A stretch of 64,000 nt of DNA from an uncultured Gemmatimonadaceae bacterium (GTDB lineage: Bacteria; Gemmatimonadota; Gemmatimonadetes; Gemmatimonadales; Gemmatimonadaceae), in assembly GCA_963790305.1 (NCBI GenBank), contig CAWBOC010000006.1:352001-416000 (forward strand), read 5' to 3'. The notes under the pieces were generated by a model. That model saw only the letters and a list, made by a program, of their open reading frames with translations. It made no database searches and was not told the origin of the DNA. Positions 18,342-28,225 of this stretch are shown in pieces. How positions within the stretch are numbered: position 1 is the stretch's first letter; every line of letters starts with the position of its first letter. Both the position numbers and the translations under genes were made by a program.

Positions 18342-19625
18342 CTACCCGGCCAACGGATTCACCTGCAAGCGCGCCATCGCATCGCCGACAGTGTGAAACG
18401 AGCCGGTGACGAGCATTGTCGCTCCCATCTCGTCGGCGCGCGAGAGCGCGACATCGAAGCTGGACTCGGCCGTGGCGCGCCAGGGCAGCGTGCGCGCGAA
18501 CGCGAGCGCTTCCTCGACATCCCACACCCGAGCGTCGGGCGCCGACGGCGGCCGCGTGACGATCACCTCGTCCACGACACGCGCGAGGACCTCCATTATA
18601 CCGCGCCAATCTTTGTCGCCAAGCACACCCAGCACCGTGACGAGCGGTCGCGGCAGTGAGACCGTAGCGATCGTCTCCGCCAGCACCGCTGCGCCTGAAG
18701 GATTGTGCGCGACGTCGAAGATCCAGCGGCCTACCCGCTGGAAACGCCCGGGCAGTGCGGCGCTCGGTATCGTCACCACACTGCCCGCGTGCGGCCACGG
18801 CACGAGGCCAGCGACGTCCAGCGCGACGAGTGCCGTGACCGCATTCCCGGCCTGATGAGTGCCGAGCAATGGAGTGCGGATGGTGAGCGGGGTGTCGCCC
18901 TCGAGCGTGAACGATGTGCCGTCCATCGTCGTCCGGACGGCGGCGATCTCCCCGCGATCTCTCGCGAGCACGATCGGGCGGGCGTCTCGCTCCGCGGCAT
19001 TGCGCGAGAGCTGCGCAACGATGTCGGGGTTGCGCTCCCCAATGACGGCGGGCCGCCTCGCCTTGAAGATGCCTGCCTTCTCGCCAGCGATCGCTTCGAT
19101 CGAGTTGCCAAGCCATTCGGTATGATCGAGCGCGATCGACGTGACGATCGCTGCACGCGGATCCACGACGTTGGTAGCGTCGAGCCGTCCGCCCAGCCCC
19201 ACCTCGACGATGGCGACATCGACCGCTGATTTCGCGAAGTGCTCCAGGGCGAGCGCCGTCGTGATCTCGAAGAAGGTGGCTCCGAGCCGTTCGGACTCCG
19301 GCAGCCATCGCTCGAGAAAGTCGAGAACATCCTCCTCGCCGATGGGAACACGGTCGACGAGAATGCGCTCGCGAAAATCGATCAGGTGGGGCGACGTGTA
19401 GCGGCCGATGCGGAGCCCGCGCGCTCGCAGGATCGCTTCAGCGGTGGCGACAACACTGCCCTTGCCGTTGGTACCGCCGACGTGCAACACCGTGAGCGTT
19501 CGGTGCGGATTGCCAAGACGCTCGAGGAGCGCATTCACGCGCTCCAGGCCAAGCTTCCAGACGCCGGTCGTGCGCGTGAACAGCGCATCGATCGCGGCGC
19601 GGTACGTGGTCAGGGCGACGTCCAC
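18342..19625 (-). CDS. folC: Folylpolyglutamate/dihydrofolate synthase
   Basis: GTNGKGS, YTSPHL, EVGLGGRLDATN, DVAHNP, TGSF. Confidence 0.96.
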   Translation of the reverse strand: MDVALTTYRAAIDALFTRTTGVWKLGLERVNALLERLGNPHRTLTVLHVGGTNGKGSVVATAEAILRARGLRIGRYTSPHLIDFRERILVDRVPIGEEDVLDFLERWLPESERLGATFFEITTALALEHFAKSAVDVAIVEVGLGGRLDATNVVDPRAAIVTSIALDHTEWLGNSIEAIAGEKAGIFKARRPAVIGERNPDIVAQLSRNAAERDARPIVLARDRGEIAAVRTTMDGTSFTLEGDTPLTIRTPLLGTHQAGNAVTALVALDVAGLVPWPHAGSVVTIPSAALPGRFQRVGRWIFDVAHNPSGAAVLAETIATVSLPRPLVTVLGVLGDKDWRGIMEVLARVVDEVIVTRPPSAPDARVWDVEEALAFARTLPWRATAESSFDVALSRADEMGATMLVTGSFHTVGDAMARLQVNPLAG

Positions 19626-20473
19626 CCCGCGGCCGCAGGCTGTCCGCTCATATGGCGCAACAGCTGACCGATCGTGCGCTTCAAATCGCGGCGGTGGACG
19701 ACGGCGTCGAGCATCCCCTTCTCCATCAGGAACTCCGCCGTCTGAAATCCCTCAGGAAGATCCTGACCGATGGTCTGCTTGATCACGCGCGGGCCCGCGA
19801 ACCCCACCACCGCTCCCGGCTCGGCTACGATGGCATCGCCGAGCATCGCGAAGCTGGCGCTGACACCACCCGTCGTCGGATTCGTGAGCACCGAGATGTA
19901 AGGAATGCGCCGCTCGGCCAGCTGCGACAGCACCGCACTCGTCTTCGCCATCTGCATCAGCGAGAGCACGCCCTCCTGCATCCGCGCGCCACCGGACGCC
20001 GAGACGAGCACCACCGGGTGTTTGCGCTCGAGCGAGCGTTGCCCCATGCGCGATATCTTTTCGCCAACCACCGAGCCCATCGACCCACCCATGAAGGCGA
20101 AGTCCATGACGCCAAGGAAGAGTGGCATGGCACCGAGCGTTCCGGTGACCGTCATGATGGCATCGGCCTCGCCCGCGTTCTGAGTCGCACGGGCGATGCG
20201 CTGCGGGTACTCGGGGAACGTCAGCGGGTCGACCGAGCGCAGTTCCGGATCGAGCTCCTCATACTGTCCGTCATCGAGGAGGAGATTGACGTACTCCGTG
20301 GCTCGGATGCGGCGGTGATAGTCGCACTCCGGGCACACGTTGAGGTTGCGCTCGAACTTCTCACGAATGTCGGTATGCCCGCATGCCTCGCATTTCTCCC
20401 AGACGTCCGCGGGAATCTCGAGCCGCTCGCGCCGGGGCTGCCGAGGCTTCTTTTCTTTGCGAAACCAGGCCAT
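19610..20473 (-). CDS. accD: Acetyl-CoA carboxylase carboxyltransferase beta subunit
   Basis: C4 zinc finger, GGSMGSVVGEK, SGGARMQEG, FAGPRVI. Confidence 0.97.
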   Translation of the reverse strand: MAWFRKEKKPRQPRRERLEIPADVWEKCEACGHTDIREKFERNLNVCPECDYHRRIRATEYVNLLLDDGQYEELDPELRSVDPLTFPEYPQRIARATQNAGEADAIMTVTGTLGAMPLFLGVMDFAFMGGSMGSVVGEKISRMGQRSLERKHPVVLVSASGGARMQEGVLSLMQMAKTSAVLSQLAERRIPYISVLTNPTTGGVSASFAMLGDAIVAEPGAVVGFAGPRVIKQTIGQDLPEGFQTAEFLMEKGMLDAVVHRRDLKRTIGQLLRHMSGQPAAAGWTSP

Positions 20474-20520
20474 GGTGTGGAAATCTGAGTGTGCGCGGGG
20501 TCACAAGCTAGTGGAGACTG

Positions 20521-20667
20521 GGGGTCAGGGGTCAGGCGTCAGGGGTCAGGGAAGGAAAGGCGCGGCGGCTGCTCTGCAGCCAGCCGCGCTCATCTGATGA
20601 GGGCCGCCTGCGCGAAGCGCGGCGGCCCCTTTCCTTCCCTGACCCCTGACTCCTGACTCCTGACCCC
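20521..20667 (-). repeat. ~145-bp palindromic element with (GGRGTCA)x4 arms, copy 2
   Basis: Same arms and homologous interior as 12090-12228, in opposite genomic orientation. Confidence 0.9.
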
Positions 20668-21920
20668 TAAATAGCCAGCTCCCCAAATCTCCCCCCGCGT
20701 CCCTCACTCGATATGCGCACCAGAATGCCTATCGACAGCCACGATGCGAGCAGGAACGATCCCCCGTAGCTGAAGAACGGGAGCGGAATGCCGGTGATCG
20801 GCATCAGGTTCAGCGTCATGCCGATGTTCACCAGGATGTGCACGAGCCAGCTGGATGCGAGCCCGAACGCGACCAGGCTGCTGAAGCCGTCATTCGCCCG
20901 CGCCGCAACGCGCACGACGCGAAGCAGCAGGAAGAGAAAGAGGGCGAGCGTGACCGTGACACCAATGAAGCCAAGCTCCTCGCCGACCACCGCGTAGATG
21001 AAGTCAGTGTGCTGCGCGGGAAGAAACGCGAGCCGCTTCTGGGTGCCTTCCGTCCACCCCTTTCCAAGCCAGCCGCCTGATCCAATCGCCACCTGGGACT
21101 GAATGACGTGCCACCCCGACGCGCGGGGATCGATCGACGGATCCAGAAACACCAACAACCGATGGCGCTGGTAGGGGGCAAGCCGTTCCCAGAGGAGCGG
21201 TGCGACGACGCCCATCGCGACGTTGGCGAGCATCAAACCAACGCCTTCGACGAGATAGGGCCGATAACGCACGACGAGTGCGATGAGGAGGAGGAACCAT
21301 GCCCCCCAGTACGTCGTGTTGAACGCCAGGAGCAGGCTGACCGCGGGCAATGCGATCAGCACGAGCAGGGGCCACGGCACGCCCGACCAGTAGAGCATCG
21401 CGAAGAAAATCCCGATGAACGCGATGCCGGTGCCGAGGTCGGGCTGCGCCATGATCAGTACCCAGGGGATGAGTACGATCAGCGCGGGCTTCCACAGCTC
21501 GAGAATGGATCGCGGTGGCTCTCGCCGCTCTCCAAGAATGCGCGCGAGCATCAGCACGACGGTGATCTTCGCCAGCTCGGCGGGCTGTCCTAGTCTGACT
21601 CCACTGATGGTGAGCCACCCTTTCACACTCGCCGCTGTACCGGCGCCGGTGCCGAACATCAGCGTGATCACGAGAAGCCCGATCGTGAACAGGAACGCCG
21701 GCCACGTCAGCCACTCGATCAACCGCACCGACGCGCGGCTGACGAGAAATGCTGCGACCAACGCGACCATCAGCCATTTGATCTGGGAGACCCACGCACG
21801 ACTCGCGATGGTGGCCACGTCCGTCTGCCCCGCGGAATACACCATGGCAATGCCAAAGAGCGACAGCGCGAGCGCGACGCCGATCAGTGGAACATCGGCG
21901 GTGAGGACACGCCTCCGCAT
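20667..21920 (-). CDS. rodA: Rod shape-determining protein RodA
   Basis: QPAELAK, QPDLGT, HTDFI, TGIPLPFFSYGGS; follows mrdA. Confidence 0.96.
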   Translation of the reverse strand: MRRRVLTADVPLIGVALALSLFGIAMVYSAGQTDVATIASRAWVSQIKWLMVALVAAFLVSRASVRLIEWLTWPAFLFTIGLLVITLMFGTGAGTAASVKGWLTISGVRLGQPAELAKITVVLMLARILGERREPPRSILELWKPALIVLIPWVLIMAQPDLGTGIAFIGIFFAMLYWSGVPWPLLVLIALPAVSLLLAFNTTYWGAWFLLLIALVVRYRPYLVEGVGLMLANVAMGVVAPLLWERLAPYQRHRLLVFLDPSIDPRASGWHVIQSQVAIGSGGWLGKGWTEGTQKRLAFLPAQHTDFIYAVVGEELGFIGVTVTLALFLFLLLRVVRVAARANDGFSSLVAFGLASSWLVHILVNIGMTLNLMPITGIPLPFFSYGGSFLLASWLSIGILVRISSEGRGGRFGELAI

Positions 21921-23737
21921 TATCGCGTCTCCTCTCCCGACGGTGTTGGGGTCGCCAGCGCGGTCGGCGAGCGACTCACGAGGGTCGGCGCTCCCTTGAG
22001 GTAGCGCTCGATCACCTTCGACGCTAGTCGCGCCGCGTAGTAGCCGTGCTCGCCGAACTCGAGCATCACCGAGACCACGATCTTCGGATCATCCGCCGGC
22101 GCGAAGCCGACGAACCACGCGTGATCGCGCGTCACGTCGTGCGCGTTCTGCGCCGTGCCCGTCTTCCCCGCCAGTACGATGTCCTCGATGCGCGCACTGC
22201 CCGCCGTCCCCCGCTCGGAGACGACGTTCTTCATCGCGTTCCGCAATCCCTGGAGCTCGCGGTCGGTGAGCTGAATCACCCGCGTCCGCGACCGCTGATC
22301 ATCGTTGCGCACGATCTCCGGCCGCGCCGCAAGGCCATCGGTGGCGAGCGCGGTGTAGAACCGCGCCATGTTGACGACGGTCTGGTCGTTCTCTCCTTGT
22401 CCAATCGAGAGGTTGAGCGTGACGGCCGAGCTCCATCCGCGCGCGCCATAGCGCTTGTTGTAGTAGTCCTCGCCGTAGGGATAGATCGGAATCACTTCCC
22501 CGGGAAGGTCGATCCCGCTGCGCTTGTCGAATCCCAACCGGATACCGCCGGCGATCAGCCTCGTTAGGCCGATCTTCAGCCCGAGCTGGTAGAAGTACGT
22601 GTCGCAGGAGACCTCCAGGGCGCGCGCCAGCGAGACGTCGCCATGCCCCTTCTTCTCCCAGCAACGGAAGTACCGGTTCCCGAACTGGTAGCCGCCGGTG
22701 CACGGCTGCGGCATGTGGGTTTCGAGTGTCGCGACCTTGTCATTGAGCGCCAGAACCGACGTGGCGAGCTTGAACGTCGAGGCCGGGGGATACCGACCCT
22801 GAATGACCTTGTTGTACAACGGGCGCCGTGGGTCGGTATTGAGCTGACGCCAGTACTCTGCCGGAATGCCACCGATGAAGCGGTTCGGGTCGAACGATGG
22901 CGCGCTGTGTAGCGCCAGCACGCCACCGGACACCGGGTCCATGGCGATGATACCGCCCTGGAGCGAGTCACCGAACAGGGACGCAGCGTAGCGCTGGAGA
23001 TCGAGGTCGATGTTCGTGTGAAGCGCTGGGGCTGGCAGCGGTCGAAGATCCTGTCGCGCGCCGGCTTCCCGCACCACACGGCCACGCGCATCGACCTCGA
23101 CGAAACGAACCCCTTCCTGTCCGCGAAGCTGCTTCTCGTACTGCTTCTCGAGCCCGCCCTTCCCGATCTGTTGACCGGCCTTGTAGCTCCCGTACTCGGA
23201 TTGCGCGAGCTCGTTTTCCGTGATCTCGCCAGTGTATCCGACGAACGCGGCCACTGACTCGCCATCGGGATAGTAGCGCTTGGGCGCGGACTGAATGATC
23301 AGTCCGGGGAATTCGACGCGGTGCTCCTCGAGCACGGAGATGACGTCGAACGGCGCGTCGGACAGCACGACCGTTGGACGCGTCGGGGCCCGACGGAAGC
23401 GGCGGACCGACGATTCGATCTGCTCGTTCGACAGTGGAATGAGCGCCGAGAGACGCCGCAGCGAGGCGCGCAAGGAATCCCCTGCCGGACTCAGCATCGA
23501 CACCGAGTAGCCGGGAACGTTCTCGGCGATGATCTGCTCGTTGCGATCGTAGATGATCCCGCGCGGCGCGGGCAGCGGAACTTCACGCAGCCGGTTGGAC
23601 TCGGACTTCAGCGCGTACTCGGAATTGCGAAGGACCTGCGTCCGGAAGAACGCTCCCAGGAGCACCAGGAAGACCGCTACCAGCATCCACGATGCGCCGC
23701 GCGCGCGGCGGGCGAGATCGTTGGGATGGAAGCTCAC
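21920..23737 (-). CDS. mrdA: Penicillin-binding protein 2
   Basis: STFK, SCD, KTGTAQ motifs; in the mre operon. Confidence 0.96.
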   Translation of the reverse strand: MSFHPNDLARRARGASWMLVAVFLVLLGAFFRTQVLRNSEYALKSESNRLREVPLPAPRGIIYDRNEQIIAENVPGYSVSMLSPAGDSLRASLRRLSALIPLSNEQIESSVRRFRRAPTRPTVVLSDAPFDVISVLEEHRVEFPGLIIQSAPKRYYPDGESVAAFVGYTGEITENELAQSEYGSYKAGQQIGKGGLEKQYEKQLRGQEGVRFVEVDARGRVVREAGARQDLRPLPAPALHTNIDLDLQRYAASLFGDSLQGGIIAMDPVSGGVLALHSAPSFDPNRFIGGIPAEYWRQLNTDPRRPLYNKVIQGRYPPASTFKLATSVLALNDKVATLETHMPQPCTGGYQFGNRYFRCWEKKGHGDVSLARALEVSCDTYFYQLGLKIGLTRLIAGGIRLGFDKRSGIDLPGEVIPIYPYGEDYYNKRYGARGWSSAVTLNLSIGQGENDQTVVNMARFYTALATDGLAARPEIVRNDDQRSRTRVIQLTDRELQGLRNAMKNVVSERGTAGSARIEDIVLAGKTGTAQNAHDVTRDHAWFVGFAPADDPKIVVSVMLEFGEHGYYAARLASKVIERYLKGAPTLVSRSPTALATPTPSGEETR

Positions 23738-24222
23738 GCGGGAGACGTCCGCAGAATCGGGCGCAGCAGGGCGAGCACGATCAGCCCGAAGAGCGCGGTG
23801 ACCGCGGCCGCGAGGGGCGACCAGACGAGCAGCTGCATCGCCAGCTCACCGCCGCCGAGGTTGCCGGACGCCACGTGATACATGATGTCGAGTGCCCACT
23901 TGCCAAGGAAAATGAAGAACGCGATCAGAGGCAAGTTGTCGGCAAAGAAAACGGCCTTGAGCCATGACGCGCCGAAGGCGACCACGCTCATGGCCAGCGC
24001 GCCCGCGCCAAGACCATCGATCGAGATGCTGTCCGCGATGAGCCCGGTCAGAAAACCGACCACCGCGGCGGAGCCGGGACGCACGCGAATCGAGACGAGC
24101 AGGAGCGCGATGACCAGGAAGTCGGGCGATGAGCGCCACGCGAGCAGCGGCCGTAGCGTGTAGTGAAGCACGAGCAGCAGCCCGAACGCGATCATGATGC
24201 GCAGCACATCAATGCTCTTCAT
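23734..24222 (-). CDS. mreD: Rod shape-determining protein MreD
   Basis: Hydrophobic 162-aa ORF between mreC and mrdA. Confidence 0.88.
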   Translation of the reverse strand: MKSIDVLRIMIAFGLLLVLHYTLRPLLAWRSSPDFLVIALLLVSIRVRPGSAAVVGFLTGLIADSISIDGLGAGALAMSVVAFGASWLKAVFFADNLPLIAFFIFLGKWALDIMYHVASGNLGGGELAMQLLVWSPLAAAVTALFGLIVLALLRPILRTSPA

Positions 24223-25391
24223 GGCGGAGCCGGCGTCGTATCCCTTGGAACCGTGTCCGGACGTGGCGCAGGCGGAACGGGGGTCACTGGAACGACCGGT
24301 GCTGTGGTATCCCGCCTCACCGTATCGCGCCGCACCGGGGCCGTATCCCGACGTACCGGCGCCGTATCGCGCCGCACCGGGGCCTGTCGCGGAGCCGTGT
24401 CGCGGCGCACGGTGTCCCGCCGTACGGGCGCGGGGGTGCGTCGCACAGTTGTATCTACCCGGGCCGGAGCGGGACGTGCCGCTCGCACCCGCGCGGTGTC
24501 GGCTCGCGCTCTGGCGAGGGAGTCGGCCCGCCGCGCCGAGTCGGCTGCGAGGCTATCCGGCGACGCGAGCTCCCACACGCCGTCGACGCCCGAGCCCGCA
24601 CGTTGCGGGTGCAGGATCATCACGCTGCTGACATCCGCCGGTAGCACCGCGGGACGGAGGAGATATGTGTTGGCCCACACCTCGGAGGTGCGCAACTCGC
24701 GCTGCACGACTCCGATCGGAATCCCGCGCGGGTAAACGCCGCCGAGGCCGGAGCTCACGATGAGCGTGCCTGGCGTCAGCGATGTCCGGAGCGGGACACC
24801 GCGCATCTCCAGGAGATAGCGATCCGGCTCGTCTCCCAAATGCGGTCCGACGATTCCGAACGCGCTGCCATCGGCCGACTGTGCGCTCACGCGAAAGTCG
24901 GTGTGCGGCCAGACGATCGCAATGCTCTTCGTCGGGTCGACGATTCTGACCATTCCCACGAGTCCCTCTGCGGCGACCACCGGGCTGAACTGTCGCACTC
25001 CGGCGCGCGAGCCAGCCGACAGAACGACGGTATACTCCTCGCCGGGGCTCCGACTGAAGAGCGCTTCCGCGGGAACGAACCCCCAGCGCAGCCGGCGGCC
25101 GAGTCCAAGCATGCGTCGCAGCCGGGCGTTCTCACGCTCGAGCTCGGGAGCGGTCATCGCCGCGAGGACGACCGAATCGCGCTCGGCGCGCGTGCGCTCG
25201 CGCGCTTCCCATGCGCGGCGGGTCAGCTCGGCGTTGTATTGCAACGAGAGCAGCGGCGCCACGACACTTCGGCGCATGGCGGCGGCAAAGGGATCGCGCA
25301 CCGCCTGCGGGAGCGTGAGCGTGACGACCGAAAGGGCCACGCACGCGCCTAACAGCATGGTGTCGCGTCGACCCGAAACGCGGGATGCCAC
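24219..25391 (-). CDS. mreC: Rod shape-determining protein MreC with a repetitive C-terminal tail
   Basis: LERENARLRRML coiled coil; SSGLGGVYPRGIPIG. Confidence 0.93.
   Translation of the reverse strand: MASRVSGRRDTMLLGACVALSVVTLTLPQAVRDPFAAAMRRSVVAPLLSLQYNAELTRRAWEARERTRAERDSVVLAAMTAPELERENARLRRMLGLGRRLRWGFVPAEALFSRSPGEEYTVVLSAGSRAGVRQFSPVVAAEGLVGMVRIVDPTKSIAIVWPHTDFRVSAQSADGSAFGIVGPHLGDEPDRYLLEMRGVPLRTSLTPGTLIVSSGLGGVYPRGIPIGVVQRELRTSEVWANTYLLRPAVLPADVSSVMILHPQRAGSGVDGVWELASPDSLAADSARRADSLARARADTARVRAARPAPARVDTTVRRTPAPVRRDTVRRDTAPRQAPVRRDTAPVRRDTAPVRRDTVRRDTTAPVVPVTPVPPAPRPDTVPRDTTPAPP
24295..24462 (-). repeat. Coding tandem repeat (RRDT/RRDTAPV) in the MreC tail
   Basis: VRRDTVRRDTAPRQAPVRRDTAPVRRDTAPVRRDTVRRDTTAPV. 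Confidence 0.85.
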
Positions 25392-25399
25392 GGGTCAGC

Positions 25400-26437
25400 T
25401 CAGGTGCTCAGGACCGACCAGTACTTCTCCTCGTCGTCGAGAATGCGTCCGGTCCCGCGCACGACGCAGGTGAGCGGATCCTCATCGACATGAATCGGAA
25501 GGCTGGTTTCCTGGGAGAGAAGCAGGTCGAGCCCGCGAATGAGCGCGCCGCCGCCCGTCATGACGATTCCGCGGTCGACGATGTCGCTGGCGAGCTCGGG
25601 CGGCGTGATCTCCAGCGCGCGGCGCACGGCGTCGACGATCTGCTGGATGGGCTCCTGAATGGCTTCGCGGATCTCGCTCGAGTGCACGCGAACCGTCTTC
25701 GGAATGCCGCTGACGAGGTCGCGCCCCTTCACTTCCATCTCGCGCTCTTCGCCCACCGGCGCGGCCGACCCGATCTGAATCTTGATCTGCTCGGCCGTCG
25801 GCTCGCCGATGAGCAGGTTGTAGTTCTTGCGCATGAACTGCACGATCGACGTGTCGAGCTCATCGCCACCGGTGCGGATGGAGGTGTCGCTGACGATGCC
25901 CGAGAGCGCGATGACGGCGATCTCCGTCGTCCCGCCGCCGATGTCGATCACCATGTTGCCCGTTGGCGTCTCCACCGGCAGGCCGACGCCGATCGCGGCG
26001 GCCATCGGCTCCGCGACCATGAAGACTTCCTTCGCGCCGGCGCCTAACGCGGAGTCGCGCACCGCACGCTTCTCCACCTCGGTGATCCCCGACGGGACGC
26101 AGACGATGACGCGCGGCTTCACCTTGAAGACGTGATTGTCGATGATGAGCTGGAGGAAATAGCGCAGCATCTTCTCCGTCACGTCGAAGTCGGCGATGAC
26201 GCCGTCCTTCATCGGGCGCACGGCGATCACGCCTTCCGGCGTGCGGCCGAGCATGCGCTTGGCTTCGAGTCCCACGCCTTTGATTTTGCCGGTCGCGCGA
26301 TCGATCGCCACGACCGAGGGCTCGTTGAGCACGATCCCCTCGCCCTTCACGTAGATTAGCGTGTTCGCGGTTCCGAGGTCGACGGCGATCGCGTTGGCGG
26401 GAAAGAGCGAGCGCGACTTGAAGAATGGCCAGCGCAT
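25400..26437 (-). CDS. mreB: Actin-like rod shape protein MreB
   Basis: [29 protein letters not shown]. Confidence 0.98.
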   Translation of the reverse strand: MRWPFFKSRSLFPANAIAVDLGTANTLIYVKGEGIVLNEPSVVAIDRATGKIKGVGLEAKRMLGRTPEGVIAVRPMKDGVIADFDVTEKMLRYFLQLIIDNHVFKVKPRVIVCVPSGITEVEKRAVRDSALGAGAKEVFMVAEPMAAAIGVGLPVETPTGNMVIDIGGGTTEIAVIALSGIVSDTSIRTGGDELDTSIVQFMRKNYNLLIGEPTAEQIKIQIGSAAPVGEEREMEVKGRDLVSGIPKTVRVHSSEIREAIQEPIQQIVDAVRRALEITPPELASDIVDRGIVMTGGGALIRGLDLLLSQETSLPIHVDEDPLTCVVRGTGRILDDEEKYWSVLST

Positions 26438-26584
26438 TAGTAAGCGAATCCGGCGTTCCGAGCGGAACGGCAGCGATGGGAAGGCAGGCGGTCCTGCACG
26501 GTCGGCTGAAAGTCTAGCGGCGCACTACAGCTACAGCAAGGCATTGGCTTGACACAACCTACACCACTCGGATATATCGCGCGC

Positions 26585-26815
26585 ATGCCCCGCTCCCTCC
26601 CCGCTCTCGTGGCGGTCGTCGACGTTCAGCTCTGCGACGCTTGTGGGCTGTGTCTCCCGCTCTGCCCACCGATGGCGATCGCCATGCGTCGCGATGGACT
26701 TGTCATTGACGATCGAACGTGCACGGCGTGTCAGAAGTGCATCGCGCCATGTCCGGTGGGTGCGCTCGCCATGATCCCTCGTCCCGTGGATGTGCCCGCT
26801 CCGCTCCTGGCATGA
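26585..26815 (+). CDS. 2x[4Fe-4S] ferredoxin
   Basis: CDACGLCLPLCP and CTACQKCIAPCP; TTGACA at 26549. Confidence 0.9.
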   Translation: MPRSLPALVAVVDVQLCDACGLCLPLCPPMAIAMRRDGLVIDDRTCTACQKCIAPCPVGALAMIPRPVDVPAPLLA

Positions 26816-27984
26816 CCCTCGAGCGGGCTGATGTCGTCGTGGTGGGTGGAGGGCCGGCCGGGCTCATCGCAGCCCGGGAGGCGGCCAGCGCAGGTCTGGA
26901 CGTCGTGCTTCTCGAGCGCGACCGAGCGATCGGCGCACCGGTGCGTTGCGGTGAGGGCGTCGGCAGTCGCGGGCTGAGTGAGTTCATCTCTCCCGAGGGA
27001 GCGAGCTGGGTCGCCCGGCGCATCACCCGCGTGATCTTCTGGGCGCCCGACGGCACCGAGGTCCGCGTCGCCGAAGGTGACGTGGGTTACATTCTCGACC
27101 GCTCGCGCTTCGAGCCGGCGCTGGCGGCCGAAGCCGGGAAAGCGGGTGCTGACATCCGCGTCCGGACCGAGGCGCTGGCGCTTGCGCGGCATGGAGGTGG
27201 GTGGCGTGTCTCGGTTGGCGGACCTCACGGCGCGAGCGAAATCGACGCGCGGGTCGTCATCGCCGCGGACGGCGTCGAGGCGCTCGTCGCGCGATGGGCC
27301 GGCCTCGACACGCGGGTCCCGGCGCGTGATATGGAGAGTTGCGCGCAGTACGTCGTCTCCAACATCTCGTTCGATCCCGACGCGATCTACCTGCATTTCG
27401 GCCACCGCGTCGCGCCCGGCGGCTACGCGTGGATCTTTCCCAAGGACGTGGGTGTCGCGAACGTGGGGCTGGGCGTGGTGGCCTTACGAGCGGACGGACG
27501 GCCCGCGCGCGCATGGCTGGACGAGTACATGGCGCGCTACTTCCCGCAGGGCATAACGACGGGATACACGGTTGGCGGCGTCATCGTTCACCCGACCATC
27601 AAGCAGACCGTCACCGACGGCCTGCTCGTCTGCGGCGACGCCGCACACATGGTCAACCCGCTGAGCGGCGGCGGGATCGTGAATGCGATGAAGGCGGGTC
27701 GTCTGGCGGCGCGTGTCGCGGCGCAAGCGATCGCGGCGGGCGATACCTCAGCCGCGCGCCTTCAGTGCTATCACGACGAGTGGATGCGCATGCTCGGCGA
27801 CGATCACCTCCGGTACTACCGACTGAAGGAGGCGATCAGCAAGTTCGACGACGCCTTCCTCGACAATCTCGCTCGTACTGTCAACGAGATTCCGACGCAG
27901 CGACGCACCCTCGGCCGGATCTTCGCGACCGCGCTCGTGCACCATCCCTCGCTCGTTCCGGTGGCGGCGAGGTTCTTCGTCTAG
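26812..27984 (+). CDS. Geranylgeranyl reductase family flavoprotein
   Basis: GGGPAG, RCGEG, PGGYAWIFP, GDAA...PLSGGGI; ATGA overlap with the ferredoxin stop. Confidence 0.9.
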   Translation: MTLERADVVVVGGGPAGLIAAREAASAGLDVVLLERDRAIGAPVRCGEGVGSRGLSEFISPEGASWVARRITRVIFWAPDGTEVRVAEGDVGYILDRSRFEPALAAEAGKAGADIRVRTEALALARHGGGWRVSVGGPHGASEIDARVVIAADGVEALVARWAGLDTRVPARDMESCAQYVVSNISFDPDAIYLHFGHRVAPGGYAWIFPKDVGVANVGLGVVALRADGRPARAWLDEYMARYFPQGITTGYTVGGVIVHPTIKQTVTDGLLVCGDAAHMVNPLSGGGIVNAMKAGRLAARVAAQAIAAGDTSAARLQCYHDEWMRMLGDDHLRYYRLKEAISKFDDAFLDNLARTVNEIPTQRRTLGRIFATALVHHPSLVPVAARFFV

Positions 27985-28016
27985 CTCGCGCATCGCACCG
28001 AGCCGGGCCGTTCCGG

Positions 28017-28204
28017 CATCCAGGTTCAAAGTTGGGACGCGGATTCGGCGGATGCAACGGATGCTGCGGATTGCTCCGTGCACCGCGATCTCTCCTCCAC
28101 GGAGCAAGAAAGCGGTTGCTTTTTCCAGCGCGAGGAGGGTTCTCCGCGCCAGGACATCCGCAATCGCTGATCGCGAATCCGCGTCCCAACTTTGAACCTG
28201 GATG
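28017..28204. repeat. 188-bp element with 31-bp perfect terminal inverted repeats and ~9-nt CGGAT-core units
   Basis: catccaggttcaaagttgggacgcggattcg / cgaatccgcgtcccaactttgaacctggatg, between convergent genes. Confidence 0.9.
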
Positions 28205-28225
28205 GCAGCCCTAGGCTCGTGCGCC

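Noticed and set aside
20594..20630. CTGATGAG followed by CGAA, resembling a hammerhead ribozyme core
   Set aside because: The GAA is a hairpin loop rather than a GAAA after stem II, and the homologous copy at 12090 lacks CTGATGA.
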